DNA of 64,000 nucleotides from an uncultured Verrucomicrobiae bacterium (GCA_963718565.1 OY970364.1:2112001-2176000), one strand, 5' to 3'; shown: positions 1-10,687, numbered from the stretch's first letter. Translations and numbers: made by a program. The notes: generated by a model from the sequence alone, not told the origin.

Positions 1-1317
1 GCGCAAGGGATAGTTTTTCGCGATCCGCTTTTGACTTTGGCTCGATCGCCATGGAAATGACAGGCTCTGGGAAGTCCATTTTCTCGAGAAGAAGAGGGGT
101 GTCTTCAGCGCAAAGCGTATCGCCTGTGCTTGTGTATTTAAGGCCGATGCACGCAGCGATATCGCCTGTAAAGAACTCATCGCGGTCTTTACGTTGGTTA
201 GCATGCATTTCAAGCAGGCGGGAAACGCGTTCGTCCTTATCTTTGGTCGTATTGATGAGGCTGATACCTTTTGTCAGCGTGCCAGCATAGATGCGGACGA
301 ATGTCAATCTGCCCACATAAGGATCGGACATGATTTTAAACGCAAGCGCTGCAAGCGGCGCGTCGTCGCGTGGTTCGAGTTCCATCGGTTCGCCGGTCGA
401 ATAATTAATCCCTTTGATCATTCCGCGGTCGAGCGGAGAAGGCATCCAGGCGACGATGGCATCGAGAAGCGGCTGAATCCCTTTATTTTTGAAAGCAGTT
501 CCGCAAAGAACAGGATTGATCTTATTCGTGCACACGCCTTTGCGGATCACAGCATGGATTTCATCTTCTGTGATCGAGTCAGGATTTTCGAGGACCTTCA
601 TCATGAATTCTTCGTTGCTATCATCGATAGTCGCAAGTTCTTCGAGCATTTGTTGGCGCATTTCTTTGCAGTGGTCGAGGAGGTCTGCAGGGATTTCTCT
701 TGTTTCGTATTTTGCGCCCATTGTTTCATCGAGGAAAAGATAGGCCTTCATCGTGATGAGATCGACCATTCCTTTGAATTCCGACTCAGCGCCGATAGGG
801 CAATGGACTATGCACGGCATTGGCGCCAAGTTTTTCTTTCATGGAGTTGACAGCCATGAAGTAATCCGCGCCGACGCGGTCCATCTTGTTGATGAACGCA
901 ATTCGCGGGACGTCGATAGCGTTCTGCTTGACGCCACACTGTTTCGGATTGGGGTTGAACACCAGCGACAGCATCAAAGACGGCAACAGCGCCGTCAAGG
1001 ACGCGCAAGGAGCGCTCAACTTCGATCGTGAAGTCGACGTGGCCAGGGGTATCGATGATATTGATCTTATGCGTTTCACCTCTATGCCCTTTCCAGTAAA
1101 CAGTAGTGGATGCGGAGGTGATCGTAATTCCTCTTTCGCGTTCTTGCTCCATGAAGTCCATGGTCGCAGCACCTTCATGCACTTCGCCAATGCGATGCAA
1201 TCTTCCGGAGTAGAAGAGGATCCGTTCCGTCGTCGTCGTTTTGCCCGCATCGATGTGGGCCATGATCCCGATATTCCGGACATTTTTTAATTCATCTGTT
1301 TCTGGTCGTTTACCCAT
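1..1317 (-). CDS. fusA: Elongation factor G, 5' part (runs off the window); two apparent +1 frameshifts near 915 and 810
   Basis: [26 protein letters not shown] and DTPGHVDF motifs; NKMDR appears in the shifted frame; lies downstream of rpsL-rpsG. Confidence 0.95.
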
Positions 1318-1329
1318 GCAGTTCCTCTT

Positions 1330-1803
1330 TTACCATTTGTAGTGCGCAAAGGCGCGGTTCGCTTCCGCCATACGGTGCGTATCGTCTTTCTTCTTGATGG
1401 TCGCGCCTTGATTGTTGAAGCAATCGATCAATTCGGTCGCAAGCGCTTCTTCCATAGGGCGGCCCGCTTTTTCGCGCGAGTACTTGATGATCCATTGCAT
1501 CGCCATTGCCGTACGGCGATCGGCAGCAATTTCAATAGGAACTTGATAGGTTGCGCCCCCGATGCGGCGTGATTTAACTTCGAGGGAGGGTTTCGCGTTT
1601 TCAAGAGCTTGTTCAAATGCAGCTAGAGGATCTTCCGCTTTGATCTTTTTGGCAAATTTTTCAATCGCATTGTAGACAATGCGGCGAGCCAAAGATTTTT
1701 TGCCGCTGATCATGATTTTGTTGATGAACTTCGTCAAAACATAACTGTTGTAAAGAGGATCTGGTTCCACTTCTCGTTTGACAGCTCGCCTTCTTCTTGA
1801 CAT
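1330..1803 (-). CDS. rpsG: 30S ribosomal protein S7
   Basis: LEVKSRRIGGATYQVP and HRMAEANRAFAHY; str operon position. Confidence 0.98.
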   Translation of the reverse strand: MSRRRRAVKREVEPDPLYNSYVLTKFINKIMISGKKSLARRIVYNAIEKFAKKIKAEDPLAAFEQALENAKPSLEVKSRRIGGATYQVPIEIAADRRTAMAMQWIIKYSREKAGRPMEEALATELIDCFNNQGATIKKKDDTHRMAEANRAFAHYKW

Positions 1804-1971
1804 GACTAATATTCCTCATTTCAAATGTTAATTTCTTATGAACTTGTCAATTAAGATCCACTTCACTTGGGTCATGGCTCGTCATACCATGCCCGGCCCG
1901 CGATTGACTCTTCACAGATGAAAAAAGAGGCAATGGTGAGCCAGGATACCTATCAAACAGGTATCCTAATA

Positions 1972-2343
1972 TTACTTAGGACGTTTTGCCCCGTATTTGG
2001 ATCTGGATTTTTTACGGTCTTTCACTGCAGCGCAGTCCAAAGATCCGCGGACGATATGGTAACGTACGCCAGGGAGGTCCTTCACACGTCCGCCTCGAAC
2101 GAGAACGATACTGTGTTCTTGAAGGTTGTGTCCTTCTCCGCCGATATAGGCGATCACTTCTTGACCATTAGAGAGACGGACCCATGCCACTTTACGGAGC
2201 GCTGAGTTCGGCTTCTTCGGTGTTTTCGTTTTGACTTGCAAACAGACACCGCGCTTTTGCGGACATTGTTGCAGGGCCGGAGATTTTTTTCTTTTTACTT
2301 TCGATCTTCGGCCAAATCGTACTAGTTGGCTAATTGTCGGCAT
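1972..2343 (-). CDS. rpsL: 30S ribosomal protein S12
   Basis: MPTISQLVR...[13 protein letters not shown]...[13 protein letters not shown]; true start ATG at 2343 with AAGGAG RBS; the longer 199-aa ORF reads into a repeat. Confidence 0.98.
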   Translation of the reverse strand: MPTISQLVRFGRRSKVKRKKSPALQQCPQKRGVCLQVKTKTPKKPNSALRKVAWVRLSNGQEVIAYIGGEGHNLQEHSIVLVRGGRVKDLPGVRYHIVRGSLDCAAVKDRKKSRSKYGAKRPK

Positions 2344-2365
2344 TTGTGCCTTCTCCTTCAATATC

Positions 2366-2623
2366 GAGGGAATTGCAAAACTCCTTGCCGCATAAAATTG
2401 CGCTTTTGGCACCTGTCGCCTTGACGGCGGCTGCCTTCGGCCCCGGTTCGCTCTTCGCTCACCTGCATTGCTACTTACGAAGGTTCCCCGGACCTTCTTG
2501 TGTCTTCGCAGCCACTTATCCAAGTACGCTTTTGCCGCTGCCCACCGAACCCGCTGTGCGGGTTCTGGCAACAGGTGCCAAAATCATCGATTTTCTGCTG
2601 GCGAGGAGTTTTGCAATTCCCTC
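2366..2623. mobile_element. Family A miniature inverted-repeat element, longest copy (258 bp)
   Basis: TIRs GAGGGAATTGCAAAACTCCT/AGGAGTTTTGCAATTCCCTC, imperfect subterminal IRs, TSD TATC on both sides; just upstream of the rpsL RBS. Confidence 0.93.
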
Positions 2624-2798
2624 TATCATTCTTGATTTCGATTCTTTAAGAAAAAAAGAACCGACCAAAGTCTCTAAGATATTGGAGCACTATATCGTGA
2701 ATAGAGAATTTATTGCAAAACCAAAGCTTGCTGGGGTATAAACAAAAGTGTTAAAAAACTTTTTTAAAAATTACAGTTAGGATAAATACGAAATTAGG

Positions 2799-2820
2799 GA
2801 GGGAGTTTTGCAATTCCCTC
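2799..2820. mobile_element. Family A collapsed copy (22 bp)
   Basis: GAGGGAGTTTTGCAATTCCCTC flanked by TAGG/TAGG; 10 bp before the tsp ATG. Confidence 0.85.
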
Positions 2821-2830
2821 TAGGGTCCAT

Positions 2831-4837
2831 ATGCGAAGAAGAGGTCGTCGCTTCATGCTCATGGGAATTTTAAAATTTTTTATTTTGTATGTAGCAGCTT
2901 TTATCATCTTTGCATTTCAAAGTGGAACTTTTCAGCTTAAAAAAGAAGATGTTCGAAAGACGATGGAAGAAATGCTGGCCTACCACGTCGAATATAAAGA
3001 ATTTTCTCCACTGATTGCGAGACGGTCTCTAAAGATCTATATCGAACAGTTCGATCCTGACCGAGTCTATCTGCTTTCTAGTGAAGCCAAGCCCTATCTT
3101 GAACCTAAAGAGGACAGAATAAAATCCGTTGTCCAAAAGTATCGCCAAGATGATCTTTCCGAATATGCGAAATTGAACCGGATCATTCAGGATTCTATAG
3201 TGCGATCACGCGCTTATCGCGAAGAACTTGAAGAAGAGCTCATCGAGAGCAAGGAAGACCCCAAAATTATTGGAGGAACATATCTCGATTATGTCCGCAA
3301 TGAAAAAGAGTTGAAAGAACGGATAAGAAAGCAACTGATCCGTGTGCTTTGGATCGAGAAGCAGGTAGGCAATCTCCCCACATTGAATGCTCAGCAGCGC
3401 AAAAAGATTTTTGCGCTTTGGGAAAAGCGGTTTGCACGCATAGAAAACAGCTATCTGTCAAAAAATAAAAACGAGCACTACTTATGCATGCATGTTCTGA
3501 AAGCATTTTCCAAAAGCTTGGACGCTCATACTTCGTATTATAGCCCTGAAGAAGCATATGAGATGCGTACCAGTCTCGAAAAACAGTTTGAAGGGATCGG
3601 GGTCGTTTTGCGCGAAAGCATAGACGGTGTGGTCATTCACGATATGATCAAAGGAGGGCCTGCAGAACGTAGTGGAAAAATTTCTTCAGGGGATCTGCTT
3701 GTAGAAATCAACGGTCAGGCAATAGAAGGAGCTCCTTACGAAGAAGTGCTAAAACGTCTTCAAGGTGAAGGTAAGGAAAAAATTCAACTTGGACTCCGTC
3801 ATTCCGCTGGAGAAAGTAAATCGCAGGTATATAGGATTGATCTCAAGCGCGAAAAGATTGTCTTGCAAGATGATCGTGTTCACTATTCCTTCGAGCGCTA
3901 CGCTGACGGAATCATTGGAAAAATCAGCCTCCCTTCTTTTTATGAAAGCGTTGAGGGATCGAGCTGCGAAATGGAAATGCGCGACGCTTTAAGAGCCCTG
4001 AAAAGGCAGGGCAACCTCTTAGGCCTTGTTCTGGATATGAGGGAAAACTCAGGGGGCTTCTTAAATCAAGCTGTTAAAGTCGCTGGGCTGTTTGTGTCCA
4101 GCGGAGTGATCGTCATTTCCAAGTATGCGCATGGAGAAATGCAGTATTTGCGCGATCTCGATGGGCGCAGCTATTATAACGGCCCGCTAGTCATTTTAAC
4201 GTCTAAGGGCTCGGCCTCAGCAGCAGAGATTGTTGCGCAAGCCCTGCAAGATTATGGAACAGGCATCATTGTCGGGGATGAGCGAACTTATGGCAAGGGG
4301 ACAATTCAATATCAAACCGTCACAGATTCTGGGGCAACTTCTTTTTTTAAAGTCACCGTTGGCCGTTATTACACAGTTTCTGGGAGGTCCACGCAGATCG
4401 AAGGCGTGAAAGCAGACATTATCGTTCCCACTGCTTATTCTTTGCTGAATATTGGGGAAAGGTATTTAGAGTTTCCTTTGAAAAATGATCAAATTCCTTC
4501 GGCTTATAACGATCCGCTGATGGACGTCGATCCTCGCAATAAACCCTGGTTTCAGAAGAATTATTTGCCCAATCTTCAGAAGAAGCTCTCCGTGTGGACG
4601 CAAATGCTCCCACAGCTTCAGGGCAATAGCGCTTATCGCCTTAAGCAAAGTAAAGATTATGGGTTCTTCCTCAAAGTGCTCGAGCAAGACAAAGGCCAGT
4701 TGTCCTTCACCCCCACAGCGAAAGAAAATTGGGGGGCTGAAGATCTTCAAATGATGGAAGGCGTGAGTATTCTTAAAGACATGGCTATCCTTAAAACATC
4801 CTCCCTGCAAAAGACAGCTTTTGTTGGGTGCAACTAA
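2831..4837 (+). CDS. tsp: Tail-specific protease (S41A, PDZ)
   Basis: FEGIGVVL (PDZ), LDMRENSGG, SASAAEIV, TYGKGTIQ; next to rpsL as in Chlamydia. Confidence 0.93.
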   Translation: MRRRGRRFMLMGILKFFILYVAAFIIFAFQSGTFQLKKEDVRKTMEEMLAYHVEYKEFSPLIARRSLKIYIEQFDPDRVYLLSSEAKPYLEPKEDRIKSVVQKYRQDDLSEYAKLNRIIQDSIVRSRAYREELEEELIESKEDPKIIGGTYLDYVRNEKELKERIRKQLIRVLWIEKQVGNLPTLNAQQRKKIFALWEKRFARIENSYLSKNKNEHYLCMHVLKAFSKSLDAHTSYYSPEEAYEMRTSLEKQFEGIGVVLRESIDGVVIHDMIKGGPAERSGKISSGDLLVEINGQAIEGAPYEEVLKRLQGEGKEKIQLGLRHSAGESKSQVYRIDLKREKIVLQDDRVHYSFERYADGIIGKISLPSFYESVEGSSCEMEMRDALRALKRQGNLLGLVLDMRENSGGFLNQAVKVAGLFVSSGVIVISKYAHGEMQYLRDLDGRSYYNGPLVILTSKGSASAAEIVAQALQDYGTGIIVGDERTYGKGTIQYQTVTDSGATSFFKVTVGRYYTVSGRSTQIEGVKADIIVPTAYSLLNIGERYLEFPLKNDQIPSAYNDPLMDVDPRNKPWFQKNYLPNLQKKLSVWTQMLPQLQGNSAYRLKQSKDYGFFLKVLEQDKGQLSFTPTAKENWGAEDLQMMEGVSILKDMAILKTSSLQKTAFVGCN

Positions 4838-4870
4838 AATCTGTACTGAGTACAGATTTTAGTTGCACCC
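4826..4870. repeat. Family D perfect hairpin (22-bp arms) supplying the tsp stop codon
   Basis: GGGTGCAACTAAAATCTGTACT-G-AGTACAGATTTTAGTTGCACCC; arms resemble the termini of 52892..53069. Confidence 0.85.
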
Positions 4871-4941
4871 TTTCGTTCAAAAGTGATTGCTTAAAAATCC
4901 CCTGACTTTCTATCGTATTGTACTTGATTTGCTTACTATTT

Positions 4942-5014
<73 letters not shown>

Positions 5015-5402
5015 TATTTTTCGAAGAAAAATAAGCCAGAAAAAAAGCCACCTGCGTGGCTTTTGTCTGGAATCGAAGTGAAGCGGCATGCAGGCCGCGA
5101 ACCGGCTTTCAGGACGACGACGCACGGCCAGTGCGCATCGCCTGAAAGGATTCCAGTTCTGGCCAAACCTTTTACGTTCTTGCCGGCGTAAATGATCCGG
5201 AATATGTCCGGAGTTCTAGATTTCCTTAAATCACCCAAACGGGTGCTTCAAAAATTGTTTTGAGGCGCCAATTTGGAGTGTCTGTTCCGGATATATTCCG
5301 GATTTTACATAAGCACTCCCTTTTAAACAGCTAATTCTCAAGAGAGAAGATGGTACCGTCCTCAGGACTATGTATCCTCCTCGCGGGTTAAAAGGAGTTA
5401 AA

Positions 5403-6461
5403 ATGGGTCATATTAGAGAAAGAGATTTAAGCGATGGCAGCAAGAGATTTTATGCCGAAGCACAGCTTAAAGGTGGTGGTCCGAGATTGACGGCTACATT
5501 CAATCGAAAAACCGATGCAAAGCTTTGGATTCAGAAAACTGAAACTGAGATGCGCTGTGGCAAAAACCAGCTTATCGCTGCATCAAGAAAGCATATCTTT
5601 AAAGAGGCCGTACAAAGGTATTCCAAAGAGCAAAAAATCTCAGTCATTAAAAGAGGTCATTTACATTGGTGGGAAAAGGAGTTGGGCCACTATTTCCTCA
5701 AAGACATTCGCCCATCATTAATCGCAGAAAAAAAGCAAAAACTGTTAACGGAAACCACCGAAAAAGGTGTGGTGCGTAGCGGAAGTACCTGCAACAGGTA
5801 TCTTGCTACTATTAGCCATGTTTTAAGCATTTGCGAGAAACAATGGGAATGGATCGAAGGCAACCCTGTTAAAAAGATTTCCAGAGAAAAAGAATCTCGT
5901 GAGCGTACACGCTTCTTAAGCCCTGAAGAAAGGCAGGCTCTCCTAAAAGCTTGCAGAGAGAGCGAAAACCCCTACTTACTCACCTTTGTAGTTCTTCAAT
6001 TGTCCACTGGATGCCGTTACAACGAAATCCGTCATTTATGCTGGACGGATGTCGATTTGAATAAAGGAAAGATCACCATCAGAGAATCCAAGAATGGCGA
6101 TATGCGTTCTGTTCCTGTCTTGGGGTTTGTATTGGAATTGCTTCGACAGCTTGCAATGGGTCAAACCTCGCTTGGATATCTTTTTCCTTCTCAAGATAAG
6201 ACTCTTCCTCTTGATCTTCGTAGAGCTTACAGAACAGCGATTAAAAGAGCCAAATTAAGAGACTTCCGCGGGCATGATTGTAGACATTCTTATGCCACCG
6301 AAATGCTCGCTCAAGGTTTATCTCTTGGAGAAATAGGCCACCTGCTGGGTCATAGGAGCGTGTCCATGACGCGACGCTATGCTCATCTTGTTGAATCACG
6401 GTCTATTGCCGCTGTTGCTAAAATGTCCGATCAAATTTTTAAGGGGGTTGAAAATGCATAA
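5403..6461 (+). CDS. Tyrosine recombinase/integrase
   Basis: TGCRYNEI (R), SKNG (K), HDCRH (HxxR), LGHRS...TRRYAH (H, Y). Confidence 0.95.
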   Translation: MGHIRERDLSDGSKRFYAEAQLKGGGPRLTATFNRKTDAKLWIQKTETEMRCGKNQLIAASRKHIFKEAVQRYSKEQKISVIKRGHLHWWEKELGHYFLKDIRPSLIAEKKQKLLTETTEKGVVRSGSTCNRYLATISHVLSICEKQWEWIEGNPVKKISREKESRERTRFLSPEERQALLKACRESENPYLLTFVVLQLSTGCRYNEIRHLCWTDVDLNKGKITIRESKNGDMRSVPVLGFVLELLRQLAMGQTSLGYLFPSQDKTLPLDLRRAYRTAIKRAKLRDFRGHDCRHSYATEMLAQGLSLGEIGHLLGHRSVSMTRRYAHLVESRSIAAVAKMSDQIFKGVENA

Positions 6462-6963
6462 AACTAGATGGTATCCACAAAACCAACAGGAGGATTCTAG
6501 CGTTCCCTCAAAACCTACTAAAACTAAAAAATTCAGCTTAGATAAAATTTTAGATCGAAGATATAGCTCGATTCTTAAACAGATGCAAGCGTCTTCAGCT
6601 GAAGAAATAATCCCTCCTGCAGATGAGAGGGATTTTGAAGCAAGGATCACAAAGTATGAAGAGGATATAAAGAGTAAGCTTTTCGGATTCATGTATTATT
6701 TGAAGGAGAGCAAAACTCTTAAACGAGATTCAAGTGTGGAGACCATTTTTGAAAATAAGAATGTGATCAATATGGTTAAATTGCGATTCACAATTCAGTG
6801 TCTAACACAAGCCTTGAAGCTATTAAAATGCTCTAAAAAGAGCATTTTAGAGTCCTCGTTAATCGGTCTATATCAGTCACCTCTTAAGTTTTATGTTGTT
6901 GATTATGTGAATGATTGGATAGCAGAGGCTTTTGAAAAAAATGGTCATATTTTTGACTCATAA
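6454..6963 (+). CDS. Hypothetical protein
   Basis: ORF whose ATG overlaps the end of the integrase gene; no recognised motif. Confidence 0.6.
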   Translation: MHKTRWYPQNQQEDSSVPSKPTKTKKFSLDKILDRRYSSILKQMQASSAEEIIPPADERDFEARITKYEEDIKSKLFGFMYYLKESKTLKRDSSVETIFENKNVINMVKLRFTIQCLTQALKLLKCSKKSILESSLIGLYQSPLKFYVVDYVNDWIAEAFEKNGHIFDS

Positions 6964-7081
6964 TTTGATGTCAATCAACGACAGTTTTTTTAATTTTCTG
7001 TTTCGTCAATCTGAAGCTTGTTTTGGTTTTTTAAGGAAATCTCCGGCAAGAGAATCCGTAAACATAACAAGGAGAAGATTT

Positions 7082-7276
7082 GTGAACGAACTTAGTCAAC
7101 AGTATCTCACGAAAAGACAGGCGGTGGAGAAATATGCATTTCTTACTGAAAACATGTTGAAAAACCTTTTGTTTAAAAATCCTGGCGGATTTAGAGACAA
7201 AGTTGCCAGGAAAATAGGTCGACGCATTGTTTTGGATGAGAAAGCGCTTCTGCTGTTTATCGCTGATAGTAAGTAG
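7082..7276 (+). CDS. Small DNA-binding, excisionase-like protein
   Basis: GTG start after AGGAG; YLTKRQAVEKY...RKIGRRIVLDE resembles HTH Xis-like proteins. Confidence 0.6.
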   Translation: MNELSQQYLTKRQAVEKYAFLTENMLKNLLFKNPGGFRDKVARKIGRRIVLDEKALLLFIADSK

Positions 7277-7375
7277 AAGGGTAAATGATAAAGGTTCCCA
7301 AATATAAAAAAGCTTTACATGCAGGAATTTTATTCAACAGCATAGCTTTAGATCCTAATCGTTACCCACAAGCTC

Positions 7376-7890
7376 TTAAACATACCCTGCTCCCCACAAC
7401 ATGTCTTTGAATCTCGTATAGCCTTTCCAGATCGTTTGCCACCCAGGCTCTCCATCCGATTTGCGTCCTATAAAGCCGCTTAAGCGCGCAAGGCAACGCC
7501 AATAATCTCTCACCGTTTTAAGCTTCACTCTCAGCCGCTGCTCCATAAGCATAATACAGCACTGGGGTACTACTTCTTCGACTCGCGTTTCTGGCGACAA
7601 TCGGCAGTGCTCTCTCATCGCCAAGAGTTGTGTTGCTATCACTCCAATAATTCCAAATAATGCAAGAATTCGGCCCAAGTTATTTCTAGCTCCACTTCAC
7701 CAGAGAACTCTTTACCGTTGGCCTTCACAAACAGCGTGGATTTGCACTTGGCCGTCTGTCGACGGATCCATGGGAAAAGACGCTCTTGCGCTCCATTGAT
7801 CTCCACTTTGCGATCATGTCGCGCCTGCACTATAAACTTCCATCCATTCCCAGTATAGTCAGCAGTAGGCCCAAGCCCATGTGCCCTCAC
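7376..7890 (-). pseudogene. IS4-family (IS50/Tn5-like) transposase remnant
   Basis: LSGFIGRKSDGEPGWQTIWKG C-terminal motif; fragmented over two frames. Confidence 0.75.
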
Positions 7891-8187
7891 CGCACTGGCG
7901 TTAACGTAAATCTTAAAAATTCAATTTGGAAAGGTATTAATGGCCACTTCGACATAAATAATGCAAATTGGATTGTTGGCGTTGCTACGACCATCTATGG
8001 TGAAAGCCATGCAATATTACTAAGACCCGTTGGCAAGTGTTCTGAACCGTCTAAAACTCGATAATTTTTTGATGTCACTATATACAGAAGGAGAGTTAAT
8101 TCTCTCCTTCACTGACTATTTTTTGCCGAGGATCGCAATTGTCTCAGTTCTGGGTGATGGTTGGTTAGTCGTTGAAACGCTGCATGT

Positions 8188-9411
8188 CTATCCGATCTGT
8201 TTTTCAACTTCAAAAGGCTTTAGAGAAAGCAGTTTTGAAAAGATTCGATAATTTTTTCTTTCGTGTCTAATTTTTCCAGCAACTATTCCAGCATTTATCC
8301 CAAGCTTTTTGGCAAAAGAGATGATGTCGTCTGTTGATTTAATTTTATTTTTTGACTTCATCCATTCGTGATGGGGAATAATAGCTTCATTAGCTACCTT
8401 ATCCGCTTCCAATTCGATTTTATCCAAATGTTCCTCCACATCAAGATCATCAATAAAAATTCCCATTTCCTCATTGTTTAAATTGATGTGTTTTATTAAA
8501 TGAGAAAGTTCATGGGCTAATACAAACCAGAAATTATCAATTCGTTTGTGACGCAAAGTTAATGCAATGATGGGACGTTTTTTAAAGGACATTGCCGCTC
8601 CATCAAGGAATGTTTTTTTAAAATGAGGCTCGAAAATAAGCGCGATCCCGAACCTTTCTAAATATTCTTTTGCTAATTTTGGGCCATTATTGCTAGCAGA
8701 GAGTTTAATTAAATCTCGCAACCATGATTCATTTATTAATTCCTTATTATATTCAGGAAGGTGCGCCAATTTTTCGGCCTTCTTCAGAACACAGATGTGC
8801 CATACGGAAAGAGCATATTTATCAATAGATCTCTTTCCTCGTTGATGCAAAGGAGCTCTGAGATATGCATGCCCGGGTTGAAGCAGATTCAAATATTCTC
8901 CACAGAATTCTTTCATTAGTTCTTCAGCATATTCCTTTAAATCTTTTGCGTTTTTATAAAGCTTTTTAAAACAGCCTCTTTTTTGCATTTCTTTAAGGGG
9001 AAACTGTCTGTAATCAATATAAGAATCATGAAGTACGTCGGAAGCTTGTGCTGTATCTGTTAGCAAACTTGTTAGCGGAATTCCGAGCCCTTTATGTAGC
9101 TTGCGGATCATTGAAATGGACAGTTTGCGTGTTCCTGATAAAACTTCTGAAACTTTTGAAGCAGAACCTATGAAAGGAATTAAATCCTTTTTTAATAAGT
9201 TCATTTGATCCATTCGGAACTTGATTGCTTCAATGGGGTCAAGATCGCTAGGGCCAATATTTTTTTCTTCGTAATCTTTGAGAACCAGTTGTAGAAGTTC
9301 AATGAGATTTTCATCGTCAGAGCCAGGCACGAGATCTCTGTTCATCAGAGTGGAAAGTTGCTCTAACGCTGCTTCATACTCAGCTTGATCCTTGATAATC
9401 TTTACATTCAT
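8188..9411 (-). CDS. HigA-type HTH antitoxin fused to an ImmA/IrrE-like metallopeptidase
   Basis: DPIEAIKFRMDQ...SKVSEVLSGTRKLS HTH; FWFVLAHELSH (HExxH). Confidence 0.85.
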   Translation of the reverse strand: MNVKIIKDQAEYEAALEQLSTLMNRDLVPGSDDENLIELLQLVLKDYEEKNIGPSDLDPIEAIKFRMDQMNLLKKDLIPFIGSASKVSEVLSGTRKLSISMIRKLHKGLGIPLTSLLTDTAQASDVLHDSYIDYRQFPLKEMQKRGCFKKLYKNAKDLKEYAEELMKEFCGEYLNLLQPGHAYLRAPLHQRGKRSIDKYALSVWHICVLKKAEKLAHLPEYNKELINESWLRDLIKLSASNNGPKLAKEYLERFGIALIFEPHFKKTFLDGAAMSFKKRPIIALTLRHKRIDNFWFVLAHELSHLIKHINLNNEEMGIFIDDLDVEEHLDKIELEADKVANEAIIPHHEWMKSKNKIKSTDDIISFAKKLGINAGIVAGKIRHERKNYRIFSKLLSLKPFEVEKQIG

Positions 9412-9456
9412 TTTTATGTCCTTCGCCAAAAAAACCACCCTTTTTCAAAAAGCGCT

Positions 9457-9741
9457 CTAAAATTTTTTTCTTGAATACTCTGAATGAGTACCAGCCCATT
9501 CAACAAGCACGATTTGTCTTAAATAGTCCACCCTTACCACTACTCTGTATTGATTTCCCTTTATATCAAAAATAATTTTGTTGTCGTGCAGAAAGTCCGC
9601 AGATGGAAAGCTGTTTTTAACACAGTGGGTACTCTTCCATACCGCCGCTATAATCTCAGCTTTCCAGGCATCGATGGCCTTACGAGAGTTGCTGTGCTTT
9701 TTTTTAAACCCATCTAGTATGAGTTGGCCATATAGTTTCAA
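9457..9741 (-). CDS. higB: HigB-family toxin
   Basis: FDIKGNQYRVVVRVDY...WAGTHSEY; directly upstream of the HigA-like gene. Confidence 0.88.
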   Translation of the reverse strand: MKLYGQLILDGFKKKHSNSRKAIDAWKAEIIAAVWKSTHCVKNSFPSADFLHDNKIIFDIKGNQYRVVVRVDYLRQIVLVEWAGTHSEYSRKKF

Positions 9742-10081
9742 GCTAAGCTCGATATTTTTCCCATAATGGGAACAATTGTATGGTTCACGGTTTTTTTGTC
9801 AATGTACATCTGAATTGGTGTCGTTGACGTTTCACTTAATAGATGTCGGCAGCACATTTTTAACATCCGGCGTGGGAAAATCATAAAACCGCACAGAAAA
9901 ATGCCGTAATATTGCCTTAGTTGGTAATTTCTCACCTTTGCCATCAATCAATCTCAATCACCAAAAATCTCTAGAAAAAATTTGCATCTCCCAATAGACT
10001 TTGATGATCTTGGTTGATTTAAGGTCATTCAAGGAAACGGGCGGAATCGACCTTGCAAGACTGGCCAACTGCTGATTCATT

Positions 10082-10384
10082 ATGAAGCTTTTTAATACGC
10101 TCTTCGACACAAGGATAACAAGGTTGCTTTTTCATAAAGTTTATTGGAAAAGTAATTGGGATAATCTTATCAATTCTCTTTTGCCGCATGAACCTGATTG
10201 GGAGGTCGGGGAACACTTGATTGTGACGCCAGCCACAAATAAGGCTCGAGGTAATAGGCACCGCCTTAAAAACGATAAATGTAGTCATAAGGAGCTCTTT
10301 GCATATCTCTCATGGGATGCAGTTGGGAGATTCGTGGATATCTGTCGGTTAGATCAGGAAGTCAAAGAGCGTAAAGTCGCATAA
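10082..10384 (+). CDS. Hypothetical protein, stop codon supplied by a family A element
   Basis: 100-aa ORF; the terminal GCA TAA lies within repeat sequence. Confidence 0.4.
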   Translation: MKLFNTLFDTRITRLLFHKVYWKSNWDNLINSLLPHEPDWEVGEHLIVTPATNKARGNRHRLKNDKCSHKELFAYLSWDAVGRFVDICRLDQEVKERKVA

Positions 10385-10611
10385 AATCGCGCTTTTGGCA
10401 CCTATCGCCTTGGCGGCGGCTGCCTTCGGCCCCGGTTCGCTCTTCGCTCACCTGCTTTGCTACTTACGAAGGTTCCCCAGACCTTCTCGTGTCTTCGCAG
10501 CCACTTATCCAAGTATGCTTCACCGCCGCCAACCGAACCCGCTGTGCGGATTCTGGCAACAGGCGCCAAAATCATCGATTTTCTGCTGGTGAGGAGTTTT
10601 GCAATTCCCTC
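10378..10611. mobile_element. Family A element lacking its left TIR
   Basis: Close match to the interior and right end of 2366..2623; right TIR abuts the TAA of the XRE gene fragment. Confidence 0.9.
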
Positions 10612-10687
10612 TTAAGCAATCCGAATCTCCAAATGCTTACCCAATGCAGTAACAGCCATAACCAGCGACTTCAAGCTACAGCTCTTA
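10612..10687 (-). pseudogene. 3' fragment of the interrupted XRE-family HTH gene
   Basis: Reads KSCSLKSLVMAVTALGKHLEIRIA*, continuing ...IDRILDPY from ~13292. Confidence 0.7.

Noticed and set aside
194..1290. Long plus-strand ORFs opposite fusA (and similar antisense ORFs elsewhere)
   Set aside because: Antisense shadows of conserved genes.
2344..2571. 76-aa N-terminal extension of S12 in the ORF track
   Set aside because: It reads through the family A element from a non-ATG start; the canonical MPTI start with an RBS is at 2343.
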